The translations under genes and the position numbers were made by a program. Shown here in pieces: positions 27,544-40,535 of a stretch of 64,000 nt of DNA. The DNA is from Paraphysomonas bandaiensis (taxonomy: Eukaryota > Protista > Chrysophyceae). The notes under the pieces are model-generated. The model saw nothing but the letters and a program-made list of their open reading frames with translations, made no database searches and was not told the DNA's origin. The DNA lies in the NCBI GenBank assembly GCA_965644295.1, contig CBFFRP010000078.1, positions 229,303 through 293,302 on the forward strand, written 5' to 3'. Each line of letters starts with the position of its first letter. Within the stretch, counting starts at the first letter, position 1.

Positions 27544-30500
27544 ATGAAATCATTATCACAATTACAATTAAAACATTGGAATCAAAATATGGATATAAGA
27601 AGTACTTCTAATCAATCAGATTATGTATGTAAAGATGTAGAACAACAAAGTACAATCTCAGTAAATATATCAAGTATTGGTTCAATTGATTGGACAGGAT
27701 GGTCATTTCCACGTTTAAATGAACAACGTAAAGCATATGGGATACATACATATTCACAAATTAATACACAATTCATAAGATTACATCATATATTAAGACG
27801 ACGTACACGTGATGGAAAATATATTTATAAAGTTCGTATATGTAAATATTGTAGAGGAACAGAAGAATCTCTTGATATTGGTTCATTTAGTGATTTAGAA
27901 TCTGCTATTCTTGCGAATGATGTTCATGAGAAATTGAATAATCGAAGTGAGCATGTGCATATATTGACCGATGAGGATAGGGTATTCATGGATAAGATTC
28001 TTGTCTCAAGATCATGGCGAAATGAAACGTTTGATGTGAATATCATGGAGCTTTTACGGGTACGTGCACTATTTTGTAGTTTTTTGTGATGGATTATCCA
28101 CATGAACTTATTCATTAGTATTTATATTTGGTACTTACACAAGATTGTGCAGGACCGTTTGCAACGACCCAACGAGAAAATAGATGATTCGGATAAAATT
28201 ACAGTTGTATCATCTCATAAAAAGACAGATCCAGCAGCTGCTCTTGTAAGCAAAGTTATCAGTGCTCAGAAGCAGGCCCAAACCGACAAGCGAGGGCTTT
28301 TCCTGAAACTGCAGTTACATGACTTCAGGAAGTATTTCATTGAAGGTGTGATACACAATTGTATGTGCGACGTGCTATTTCAGTATGTGTATGTAACGTT
28401 TTACAGCTGTTACACATTTATCCATGTTTGACATTGACAACGCAGGTTTGAGGTGCTGTTCTCTATCGAGTGAGTTGGATACAATAGTAGGTGCTGTGAA
28501 AGAAATGGCCTTGTCTTTGCAAGATGAGGTGATGAGGCTGAATTTGGTGTTTTACTGTGTTATGCATAGCTGTCATCTATATGCTAACGTAAACTATGCA
28601 TATGCCACTCAATTCAGCTTCCTTTTTATATATAACAGCATAACTCTTTCATATTCCAGCTTCCTTCTGTGGCCAGTGACTCCTCTTTGTGCACTGAGGG
28701 ACCGTTAAAACGGCTGGAAGCTATCATAACATCAGCTGTGCAATGTGGTTGTATTTCTTCTGGTTCTTTACAGCTGGCATCCGCCTGTGCCATACCAGGC
28801 GACTATGACCTTACGGCTCTCGTGACGTCACATATACGGGACATCTGTGGCAATGACCCTATTGCTGCCACAAGTGTTGTGGAGCAGATGTCTAAAGATA
28901 CGCTGAGTGCTATATATGAGGGCGCCTCCGAGTTTGTGTGGGGTACTGGTTTGCAGAAGCTGTTCCGAATCAATCATACCATTGCTTTGAAATGTGAGCT
29001 CGACCTGCATCTACCGCTGTGGGATTCCACTGGAGATGACAATTTTTTTGTGGGCGAATGTAAAATTCGTTCGGCATGCAGCATGATGCATAATCAGGTA
29101 CTGTGCATCTTATTGCTTTCAAGGCTGTTTTGTGTGCATTCGTATATGAACGCGCTGACGAAATGGTTGCGTGCATGCTTCTGCATTGGATGCTCAAATT
29201 GATAATCCAGCAATGCCATGTTACCACAGCGTTAATGTGTATCAATCAGGTAAAGTCCGTTGGTATGCTAGTGGATGGGCTACTGAATGCCCAGAGTATG
29301 AAGGACAACCTATGTGCATACAGTGACGGCAAAAAGCCTGATCATGCCTATCTTGAGGTATGAATTGCAGTATTGATATTTCATTGGCTGTAGTGTGTCA
29401 AACAGCATCAGAAACACGTTTTTACGTAGTAAATCATTATGTTGGTAACTAATATCTATACGCAGGACCTCACAGAATTAGCTACCAGTACCCTTGTTCT
29501 CTCTCTTACTGGCCTTGGCACTGCTGCCCTTCTGATGAAGCTATTCAAGTTGTCGGACGGATTTTCAAGTGATACTGCACCCTTTTCTGTGTATGAGGTC
29601 CTACACGCTCGAAATGAATTCATATATCAAAAGCTGACACCGAGTAGTGTATTGCAAGTTGGGTTGTATGAGGTAAGACGATAAATACTACGTGCTACTT
29701 AATGACGTAGTAAACGGCATTGTATTCCGTGTATTACACCTCTTTATCATCTAACCTATTTGCACTAGTCTGTGAAATTGGATTTACTCACAGCACACAT
29801 TCGAACTATGAGTCAATCTCCCAAACCGAATATGCCTGGAATATTCCTTAATTCCTCTCGATTGATTCATATTTTATCAATCGGCCCTACAGAGAGTATA
29901 TGTCCAAAGGGAGATATTGAGGAGTGTTTAAATAGCGCCACAGCGTCCTCAATTCTGATACTGAACATGCTAAAGCGTCTCCGCCCAACACGCAAGGGCA
30001 AGTCTCAAAACCAGAATGATCAGCCGTACTCAACGAAATTTTTTGGAATTGTCAGTGAGATCCGACTAAGGGTAAATATCAGCCTCATGTGTCTGGCGGT
30101 TGCCACAAGTGAACTGTCCTGTATTGGCACTATCTCAATAAATGCTGCGGTTATCGCTGCAGTTCATAGAGATTTAAGTTGCCTCTGTCGGTGGATGGAT
30201 ACCACTGATTCTGTCAGTGGAATTGTCTTTGCTCACACCCTATTATCACTTTTCAACTGTATTCTGGTTGAAGAGGGGTTGGTAAAGCTCCTCACTGACA
30301 GCAATACCGCAAAAACCGATACGCTTGCCATGCAAGAAATGGTACAGGAAATATCGTCGTTCGCAGAACGGATTATTCGATGGTTTTCTAGTCGCTTTAA
30401 GCTCCCAAAAATGATGCTGGCATTATTGGACTCGCATAGAGAGTGCAAGGCAAATCGGGAATGTCGATATGTTTTCTCATCGTCCAATGTTTTGAATGTC

Positions 30501-30701
30501 TCCGTTTTTGCTGATATTTCCAGCAACAATGCTCCAGTGGGACAGAAATTGGTTCATAATGAACCTAAAGCACCGTCTGGCGCACAGTCTGTGATTCTTA
30601 CCCAGGAAGGTTGCAGAAAAAGAAAGCTGGAGTTGGAGAGTATTGATATATTGGAAGTTTCCAAAATGCCTAAACTTAATCCTCAGCATCTCCAAGTATA
30701 A
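27544..30701 (+). CDS. Putative transcription factor: AP2-like domain, unknown conserved domain and C-terminal basic NLS; multi-exon
   Basis: RRRTRDGKYIYKVRICKYCRGTEESLDIGSFSDLESAILANDVHE fits the AP2 pattern (3 strands, LG-F, helix with A..A.D); RKRKLE...KMPKL near the C-terminus. Confidence 0.65.
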
Positions 30702-31176
30702 TTCGGTCTCCACACATGATTTGATCTCGATTGAAATTTTGTTTTATATAGTGTTACAACTACTTGACATGTATGGAGACTGTCGATATTATTCTTTAAG
30801 AATTGTGGTGAAGAGTATTTCCGAAGATAAGGAACATTGAAGAATACAGCTTCGTGTTTATTATCGATTATCTGCGACAAAGTCTTCTGAAATGAATGTG
30901 TCGCATTAACTTTCTGTGTGAAAGTGTGAGCTGTGAATAGTTGCTATGTGTGATTGGGTCAAATATTTTGCGTTAATCATGTCCGTTATTCAGTTTTAAG
31001 TATAATTGAATATTAAACACTACTGACTATAATTAATTTGCACACACATAGTGTGCGTATAGCTGCATCACTGTGCATCTGTTCAGTTGAATTTTATAAT
31101 ATGGGGATGCAGTCATGAAAAATATCGAATTCAAGTAGATCTTAAGACATATCTTAGAAGTGAATAAATTAAACTA

Positions 31177-32446
31177 TACACACACAACGACGACGAAAAA
31201 AAATCCTTTTTATCTAACATTCCGCTTTCGCTTCATATTATTACGCCCTCTGTAAAAGAACTTTAAAATTATATAAAAATATACCCTCATCAAAGTCGGA
31301 CCGTTTCGTGGTGTTCTGGATATGTACCGGAGAGATTCTCTCTGGGAAACTAACGTGAGCCGCAAACATATTCAGCAAATATATTTCTGCCCACTCATAG
31401 CCGAATGCTTGTGTGGTACAAGGGACACCAATAAGTGTCACTTGTGTAGACGTCTTTGGGCCGTGACGAATAAACAGGCATCCGGGAATGGGCCCACCTG
31501 AAGGGTAACCGGGGTATTGGGCTGCCTGCTGAAGTCAAGCATCCGGGATGTTCACGTTAAGAACTCAGAGCGGAAGTGGTCGCACCTTGGTGCATGCGGC
31601 GACGCATAAACAGCATCCGTAGCGTTAAATAGTAGGATAAAAAATGTGTGTACTGATTAGTTACAGGTAGAGGTCTAACTATAGTTCGTCTAGCATTCAT
31701 CTAGCTACTGAGTTGGTGCAGGTTTTTAACGCCTATTGCTAATAATAAGACTTTCAGTATATAAAAATATATATACAAGATATAATTATGTTCGATTGCT
31801 TCCTCTCGCTTGCGCATCAGACATCAACTATAAGTTAATATAATTAAAAATACTCTTTAAGAATTACCCATAAATTTTAATATTAGAAAAAGTGATATAA
31901 TAACTGAATTTTTAGGTTTTGAAAGAAGAAAAAAATTAATAGCAAGATTGGAAGTAGTAGAAATACACGAGATATATATAACTAAATAAAAGTGATATAG
32001 TAATTTTTTGTCGAAGATTAAATTTGTTAGTTCGAAGTCGTTGAAAAAATATATAAATTTGCAAAATATGTAAAATATATAGTTCGAAGTCTTTGATAAC
32101 GATATCTAATACTGCGACAAAAAAATTGTTATATCACGTTTCTTTAGTTACATCTTGTGTATTTCTACTACTTCCAATCTTGCCATTAGTTTTTTTCTTC
32201 TTTCAAAACCTAAAAATACACCAAATATAAGCATAAAAATAATTCATTTTAACACTTTTTTTAACATTAACATTTAAGGAGGGCAATTCTTACGAGTATT
32301 CTTTATTATATTAGCTTATTCCTTTATTATTTAATTTTATATATTTTCTATATATTTTTAAATTCTGTTTACAGAGGGCGTAATATGAAGCGAAAGCGGA
32401 ATGTTAGATGAAAGAAAGGAAATTGATTTTTTTTGTTGTGTGTGTA
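31177..32446. mobile_element. Foldback-type non-autonomous element with long (~300 bp) imperfect inverted arms; left arm interrupted
   Basis: 31177-31283 is the reverse complement of about 32338-32446, and 31830-31975 of about 32150-32320; ends tacacacacaac / gttgtgtgtgta. Confidence 0.8.
31284..31757 (+). mobile_element. Retroposon-like 3' fragment nested in the foldback arm
   Basis: GC-rich insert flanked by tataaaa(a)tata direct repeats; homologous to 48125-48490 and 38667-38857. Confidence 0.7.
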
Positions 32447-32649
32447 CTCTATCTAATCTATAATATAGATTTAGTGAATGACAATGAATGATGATAGATG
32501 TTGATCATAAAAGTGAATTAGTTGTTTATTAAAAGTGATTATCGTTCAGTTACACCTTCCTATTATCAGTATCGTCAGTATAGAATCGGATATTGTGTGT
32601 TCCTACAAGGGAACTTGCACTAAGAAAAGCTCGTCCTTAGTACCGCCAA

Positions 32650-33705
32650 TTATTCTTCTTGGTTGCACGAATAACTACATTGCCAGTAAATATAGAGCAC
32701 GACTCCAAACCACACTGCATATAGTGGTACACGTAGACTCTGACCCTTCGGATCCATATCAAATTTAGTTATCATCAAATTAGAGGCTTCGAATAGAGAA
32801 ACATTGTAACGTTTTGGAAAAGGGTCAGCAATATTAAATGCCAGAGGAACAATTTCATGAAACTGAAGGACAATCTCGACAGATATAAAGTTCTGAATCA
32901 GCGATAGTGTAGAATTAGATGTCGCCATCAAAAGACCAACAGAAAACAATACGTAGATATTGATTATTTCAAGGAAGCCAAACATGAAAACTACAGTCCA
33001 GTTTCTCGAATACGTCACATAATTGGGCTTAACCAGTTCGGCTATTTCATTCTGCTCATTTGTATCGAACTTCTCCTTGAAATATGCACGGTAATCATCA
33101 TCTTTGAGGTTGTCCTTAGAGTCTTGATTACGCATTCTCTTCAGCGCCACTAAAGCAGGAAATGAAAACCCATGGTACTCAATTGGGAGTACACCCCCTA
33201 ATCTTTCGTTCGCAACATGGGCTGCATACATTGAGCATAACAGTAAAGCATAACCTGACGAGTTAGGGCCATCAGCTTCTACCCCACAGTTATCTTCCCA
33301 AAGGTCATTTACGATCGCAAAAGTAATGAATATCTCGCCAAGCAGGACTATGACACTCAAAACAACGGTTAAGAATGCCATCCTATCGTAAAAGAGAATG
33401 AGAAAACGACCATCTTTTCCATCCTCCTTGAATTTCCCATACATGTCTCGCTCTTTTCCCCCGAATAGAATTGGCACATCAGAAGGAATGTTAAACGACA
33501 TAAAACCATCCAACTTGAGTAAAACCATATGAGAAGATTTGATTAATTTAATATCATCATAATACTCCTGCATCTTATCATAATTATTCGTTACTTCCTC
33601 TGCAAACTGTTGTACACTCCATGATTCATATGTTTCATCAACATCTATAGATTCACAATCCTTATTGTTGTCGATAACAGGATTTTCTACAGTTATATCT
33701 TCCAT
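32650..33705 (-). CDS. Intronless multi-pass membrane protein of unknown function
   Basis: ~350-aa ORF with an acidic N-terminus and 4-5 hydrophobic segments. Confidence 0.7.
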   Translation of the reverse strand: MEDITVENPVIDNNKDCESIDVDETYESWSVQQFAEEVTNNYDKMQEYYDDIKLIKSSHMVLLKLDGFMSFNIPSDVPILFGGKERDMYGKFKEDGKDGRFLILFYDRMAFLTVVLSVIVLLGEIFITFAIVNDLWEDNCGVEADGPNSSGYALLLCSMYAAHVANERLGGVLPIEYHGFSFPALVALKRMRNQDSKDNLKDDDYRAYFKEKFDTNEQNEIAELVKPNYVTYSRNWTVVFMFGFLEIINIYVLFSVGLLMATSNSTLSLIQNFISVEIVLQFHEIVPLAFNIADPFPKRYNVSLFEASNLMITKFDMDPKGQSLRVPLYAVWFGVVLYIYWQCSYSCNQEE

Positions 33706-34255
33706 ATGAAGTTCTCTTGGTTCGTATGATATCAAGTAACTTCAATGCAATGATATGTGCTAATTGTGACTGTATGCAAGACATGTTTATATCAAGAATT
33801 CCACACATGTACCAATAGATGGACTGACGTCAAGATGTTTCCATTGCATTCTTGGACATCTAGTTGGACATCCATCTCGATGCTTATATGTATATACGAG
33901 GCAGAGTTTGTTATAAACGGTTGAGTTTTCAGTTTCGAACAATCTCTATATTTCTGTCTCTATAAGATACGGATCTAGAATATACAGCAAAATACAGCAC
34001 TATACACTGTTCTTCTAAGATAAACAGAATGTAATCTGAAGGTGTATGAACCAATGAAATCATCGTTTGGTTAATATGATTGGTTATACTGGACTCTTGA
34101 AGTGAGTGGAAGGTGCACCATAAAACCCTTAGTTTTGTATATGAATTACTACGTAAAGAGATGTGATAGTGTCTATATAGGCATATCAGTATAGCAGTCA
34201 ATGGATATGAGTTATATGTATGTATATGTACACAGCAGTATTTGTATATGTACAG

Positions 34256-34407
34256 GGGGTGGTTGTGCATATCGATTTGTTCATCGTTTATTTCATCGAA
34301 AAATCATCGTTTTTTCAGTGAAAAGTGAAAAAAAGTGATTTTAAATGAAAAAACGATGATTTTTCGATGAAATAAACGATGAACAAATCGATATGCACAA
34401 CCACCCC
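34256..34407. mobile_element. Palindromic MITE with ~63-bp perfect TIRs and a 3-bp CAG TSD (Harbinger/Tourist-like)
   Basis: cag|ggggtggttgtgcatatcgatttgttcatcgtttatttcatcgaaaaatcatcgttttttca ... exact reverse complement|cag. Confidence 0.85.
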
Positions 34408-34575
34408 CAGTATATGTATGTATATGGATATGGATGGCTAGATATGTACGTACATATATATGGATGGCTGTATATATATATATATATAGTAGCTACATAC
34501 TTTAATAGAATCACAATCATCACCACATACATATACATACATATACTTGAATAGTTTTATAAATTCATATCAATA

Positions 34576-37500
34576 ATGGGAAAAGTTAAAAATTCAAAGA
34601 AACATAGAAAGAAACTAACTCAACAACTCAATCCAATCCCTTCACATCCCACCTCATCATCTCCATCAACAGATACACATAATATATATATAGATATATC
34701 AAGTATGGATTCTAAAAAACGTGAAAAAGCATGTATATTATTAGCAAATATTTTTTTATTAGAATCATCAAATTATCATGCATATGAACGTATGAGTAAT
34801 ATGGAAATATTAGGAAAATTATGTATTAGATTAATTGATAATGTTCCTATTGTAAGATTACATGCTGCTGGTGCTGTACGGTAAATATGATATTGATATA
34901 ATCTATATGATTTATATGATTATATATGATGTTTATAGGAATATGGCTTCTTGTCGTACAACTACAGTGTCAAGACGTATGGTGGATGCTGGTATTATGG
35001 GTACATTGATGTCCTTAGTTAATGAGCACATAAGTGTTCCTATTACCGACACATCAGCACCATATTTGGAGCAACTCGTGGCAGCAATTTCGAATCTTTG
35101 GTTCGTGCTAGTGTTATTTTGATATGCTTGCGCTTACTAACATGCCATCACAGTGCTTCGTGTGAGTTGGCAATCGATGAAATTCTTTCCAAGCAATTTT
35201 TATCGGTGCTTATTAACGCGGTAAGATACGGCATGTTCTATGATGTGGTGTTCTATTGATATAGTTGAGGTGTAATTTGCTGTGTGTCACAATGAATGGT
35301 AGTGTAGTATATCATGATATTGTATAGTGCTCTGTACAGTCTAATATAGGAAATTTGCAGCTTCAATTAACTTCTCACGTGCCAAGCTTGAAGGCGTCTG
35401 TTGCGTGCTGCTTATACACATGTACCGACAGTCATATGGCCTCTTGCGAGGCCTTGTACTCTCTTCCTGACGCAATGGGGTCTCTTATAAGAGCAGCTAC
35501 AGAAGTCGCGGGAGAGAATATTGGGGGGCACGATAGACTGGCCCAATTGTACAGCGTCGGCACTCTTTCGAATGTTTACATGTCCCACATGGCATCTCAA
35601 GAGAGTATCCCAGGTAATACTTAATTGATTCGGAATTACGCTTGTGTTAGCCCTGTGTACGTTGGTCTATATTTTCTACTCTGAGCACATATTATTTACG
35701 TCTATATACTTAGAGTAATTATGTTTTCTCAGATGCTCTTGTCGTTGAAGCAAGAACTCGTATGCAAGATGTCCTCAACGCCGTCCTCGTTGCCCTTTCT
35801 CCTAGCGATACGGTATGTGGTTTGTTTTATAGATGTAGTTTTAGTATTTTTCACCATCGACATTTCATTCATGTATTGTATATAGGTATTCGAGGCAGTA
35901 ATTCAACCAAATGTTGACGATGCGGATTCATCTGTGAATCATGCTGGTACGGACGCACCTGCAGGAAGCTCTTCAGCAGATATCGGTACTAGAACTGCAA
36001 GCACTGTGTATTATGCATAGTACTCATCACATGTTATTACAGAAGACGATGCTATGGATGAAGGGGAAGGCGATACTGGTGAACAGGATGACGAGGGCCG
36101 CGTTGTTTACATCGGACGTGATACAGAAAAACCTTGGGCTACTGAGTTTGAAGTATCCGAGGTATGCACTGTGTGTAGTACAGGACAGCATATGTTATAG
36201 ATTGTTCCTGACTTGCGGTCTTGTCGTTCTCCTTGTTTTACGTTGTTTCCTATTGTTGTTAAGGTTGCTGCTGAGATACTGGCTAATATGGCGTGCGTGT
36301 TACGTAACTCAATGGGGTACAATGATGACATAAATGAGGAGGCTGATTGGTCAGATGATGACGAGAATGAATTGAAAATGGAAAATATGGCAAAGAATAT
36401 AAGTATGTCGGCCACGAATTCCGCTTCAACTGCTCAGGTTTGTAGGAACCACTAGTTTTGGTGTTGTGCTCCATCTGTGTTGTATATGTCTAATGTTTAA
36501 TGCCGTGTAGCTTCCTCCACTCCAATTTGATACTACCAGTGCAATTGGATCATGTTTAAGCCTACTGAACAAGCTCAACACTGCACTTCAAGTCATATGT
36601 AGCCATTGTGCAGACAACAACACACCTTTCACTTCACCAGGTACTGCGATTATATGTATTTGACAATATCATACCTATATACATGCATCACACTCTGTAT
36701 ATAATCTACTTGTACCAGGAATGGACGTCATTAACACTGCTGACAAAGTTTTAAACGCGATGTCGAATTTAATCCCCCTACTGGACAGCTGGAATGGTAA
36801 TACTGCTTTACTCTATACTTTTTGTAATTTCGCACACTTTGTATTATATTACATTTGCATGTTTAATATGTGTACATGCCAGTATATTATGACTCTTATT
36901 GACTGATATAATGCAGTGGATATGGTGAGCAACACGTTGCTGGGATTGCTTCAACTATGTAGTTCACTTTACCGCACGTTCAATGGTGTGACTGCTCGCG
37001 ATGATGACTCAACAAAGAGCAGCTCCGAACTTTGGATTCTGAGCCCCTTATTAACACCGTCAAGCATGCAAAGATGTCTGCGGACCACCTTGACATCTTG
37101 TATGGCTGCCATTGCTGCTTTACATAGAGCGGAAGCGATAGATAAAGCACTGATATCATTTGGAGCTCAAACTGGCCCATATGGAAATCTAAAGAATATG
37201 AGACTTGAATGTTTGCTGAATATTACTTCCGGTGTGCCGTTGCTGGAGGTGTGTATTGCAGTATAGTCCATTAAGTGTTGCACAGATTTGGCAACCTCAA
37301 TGCATTATTTGTGCTATTTTTTCTGTATTCATCTGGATTAATTGTCTACAGGTAATGCAGCCGTGTTTTGACATCATAAGTGCTCTAGCGGAGGCAACTG
37401 ATTGCAATGGACAGCTTCTACTTCACCCAGATGACAACAAGGTAGGCGCTTGTCGATACGTTGCCGCATTAATACTATGTGTACGATATATGTACGCTCT

Positions 37501-38250
37501 CGACATTGGATCAACATATGGATTCTTCAACGATATCTAATGTATGTGTTATGAACAGGTACTGACTGGTGCACTACTTGCTAGGCTGGAAGATCCTGCA
37601 GCCTCAATGTGTAGAAACTCTGTCACTCAAACGAGGTATTTTATAGTTTCATGTGTGATATATGATATGCAATTGCTGACTATGTGATTAGATCTTCCGA
37701 GTACGTTGACGGTAGTTTGCTTGTGATGGAGGGGTGTATATCAACACTGATAGATCTGCATTCATCAGACGATCTAGCCACTTATAAGGTAACTTGTATT
37801 ATATATATTGTCAATACTGCCTTACTGATTTATCGTGTCATACCTAAGTTTTGTGAATATGACTGTCTATATGATCTGTATGTGTAAAAGTTGATACTGC
37901 CCGTTGAAGTGAATACACTTTCCTCCAGTAATTTTTTTGCAATCAGGTTTTTACCGAGCTGAACACCAATCACCATTTGCAGGAGCAATACTCTAATTTT
38001 AGGGCGAAGGTTAGCGTTGCTTTTCTATCATTGCAATGCGATATTGCAGTCATGTTTTATGCTTGGTATTGTTGGTGTTGTAATGTGACGTATTGTTGTG
38101 GTCATGTGTATGATATCGTCTCACTGTATGTAAATTTAGCTAAGGGTTGATGGAGAAAAAATACTGGACCGATCTGATGTTCACCGATGCAAGGAGATGC
38201 TGCTAAACCTTAAGCGTTTCATTAAATACAAGTCGACCCCGCCTTCTTAA
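34576..38250 (+). CDS. HEATR3: HEAT repeat-containing protein 3 / symportin-1 (Syo1)-like, many exons
   Basis: Basic MGKVKNSKKHRKK start; REKACILLANI; LIDNVPIVRLHAAGAVRNM; acidic loop EEADWSDDDENE; C-terminal LLNLKRFIKYK. Confidence 0.75.
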
Positions 38251-38594
38251 TTGTGATTTTTGACTTGCTATTAGAGGGTTTAGTTAGGTGCTTTCTGCTG
38301 ATTAATAAGAATAATTGCATACTTAAATTGCGTTCAATGAATATACTGACGTCGTTACCATTTTTTTGTAATTTTCCATAAAACTGATTACCTTTCCAAA
38401 AATAGAAAATAGAGTAAACTGAACAAGCAGTTAGAGGATACTTTTTGCAGGTTCCATAATCATATTAGTGCTATCAGGCTATCAGGGCCTGTCAAAAAAA
38501 TATTGGATTGCAAGAAATTGCAACAATTTTGTTTTCTTGTTACAATATATTGATATTTTTGGCTTCGCAATATACGCAAAATATGAGTGCTATA

Positions 38595-38920
38595 CAGGGC
38601 TGTGTATGAATTAATTGCAATAATTGAAATTGAGACAGAAGTAATAATTGCATTTATAAATGATTAGTAGTGAATGTCTGATTATTTAGCAATAGGCGTT
38701 GAGACCTTGCATCAATTAGTGGCTAGAAGAATGCTAGTCATACTAGTTAGACCACTACCCGTAACTAATCAATACAAACTCTTTTATCCTACTATTTAAC
38801 GCTACGAAAGCTGCTTGTGCGTCGCCGCAAGCACCAAGGTGCAACCACTTCCGTTCGTTTATAAATGATTAATGACTATAATCTGCGTCAATTAATTGAC
38901 AGTTTATTTATACGGCCCTG
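38595..38920. mobile_element. hAT-type MITE with a nested insertion
   Basis: cagggctgtgtat ... atacggccctg; 8-bp TSD gtgctata / gtgctaaa; caattaattg subterminal motifs. Confidence 0.75.
38667..38857 (-). mobile_element. 5'-truncated retroposon-like insertion with a 14-bp TSD
   Basis: Flanked by tttataaatgatta on both sides; the reverse complement matches 31570-31755. Confidence 0.75.
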
Positions 38921-38949
38921 GTGCTAAACGAAAATTGTTCCGTTTCAAC

Positions 38950-40202
38950 CAGGGCTGCGTATCAATTAATTGATTTTCAATTAATTGCAATTAATTGTCA
39001 ATTATTGAAATTGCAATTGTTGAAATTGGGACATCGATTCATAATTGCAATTATAATTGACTCCAGCTAGCTTCAATTAATTGTCAATTAATTGCAATTA
39101 ATTGATATTAAAAAACCCACCTTTTTATGCTGAAAAGTTGTTAAAAAACGGCATTTTTAGTAAAAAAATCCAATTTTTAGGATAAAAATCGAAGATTGGT
39201 GAAAGACTATAATATCCATAGGATTATCTCACATAGTAATTCATTTAATTAATTAGCGATAGGAGCGACAAATTGGCACCAGAAGTCATTGCACGAGTGT
39301 TATTTGAGAAAGTAAATAAATGATGATAATAATAACGAAGAGGCTGCAATAGAGATTTGTCCTGCATGAAAAGGGGCTCCACATTTTCCGTGATTGACCG
39401 CTACTTGCTTCTATCTAATCATATGCGATCTTTCGAGTTTGGTTCCGATGTGTTAAAAGTCTAATTGTAGGACTATCCACCTATATACAGAGTATATACA
39501 TGTATATTATGCCCTGTATTATGAAAATAAGTGTAGTACAATTACAGAAGTAAGGTTAACACCAGCTTGACTTCCACGACGTTTGCACATTGATTGACGA
39601 ACCCTTCATAATGCACCCGATTGTGGAGCGTCATCTGGGCGACAGTGCTGCTATTATTTTTAACGCTGCTTTCGAAAAGGCAGTCGTGAAGATTCAATGT
39701 GGCAACGAAGCCGTAACTCGGACGGCAAAGGATCAAACTAAAATATATTTGTTCGATGAGGAAGAAGAAGATTATGACGGTGCGAGTCTAGCTCCGAATG
39801 ACGACGCAGCGCAACGTTTGTTTGATGGTAGCAGGCAGCGGAAGCGAGCAAGACATAACAAGCAAACGCGTTACGGATGAAACACTTGCATAGCACAACC
39901 AATAAGGTTGAGAGGTTGCTCAGTAGAGCTACGATTGTTATGACGGGCTTGTTCAAGAGCTTGACTCCTCAACATTTAGTGCTAATTATGATTTTACGCA
40001 TGAATCGTTGCCTCTGGAATGAAATGGCAGTTGAGGTAGCTATATTCGCAGCTAGTGTATTTTAGTACTAAATAATTGCAATTAATTGCAATTAATTGCA
40101 GTTAATTGCAATAGTTGATATTGAGACAGCAAGTAATAATTGCAATTATAATTGACTACAACCTGCGTCAATTAATTGACAATTAATTGATACGCAGCCC
40201 TG
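38950..40202 (+). mobile_element. Non-autonomous hAT transposon with transposase C-terminal remnant
   Basis: TIR cagggctgcgtatcaattaattg / caattaattgatacgcagccctg; perfect 8-bp TSD gtttcaac; remnants FEKAVVKIQ and STTNKVERLLSRATIVMT...LRMNRCLW (hAT dimerisation motif), frameshifted. Confidence 0.92.
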
Positions 40203-40535
40203 GTTTCAACAGTGGAGTACACTTGGAATAGTTGATATACTAGGATCTGTCCGCACGAGCCACGCTGTAAGTAGCTGTAGCCGGAGAAATCGGTGTACTA
40301 AACGGGGTGGTAGTAGAGAGTAGGTTGCAACGCTGCAGTGGTGCAGGCACATGATTTAACTGAGACAGTTAGGCAAGACGGGAATTGCAGGCCAAACTGT
40401 TCACTAACCCTGGTGTTTTTCTAATCGAGCGACATGCCCTCGATGGGCTGTTAATATCAAATTTGATTCGCTTGTTAAACTCAAAGATTACTTATAACAC
40501 ATGGTGAGTTATGCCAATGTACTCTGCTGTGCTAT

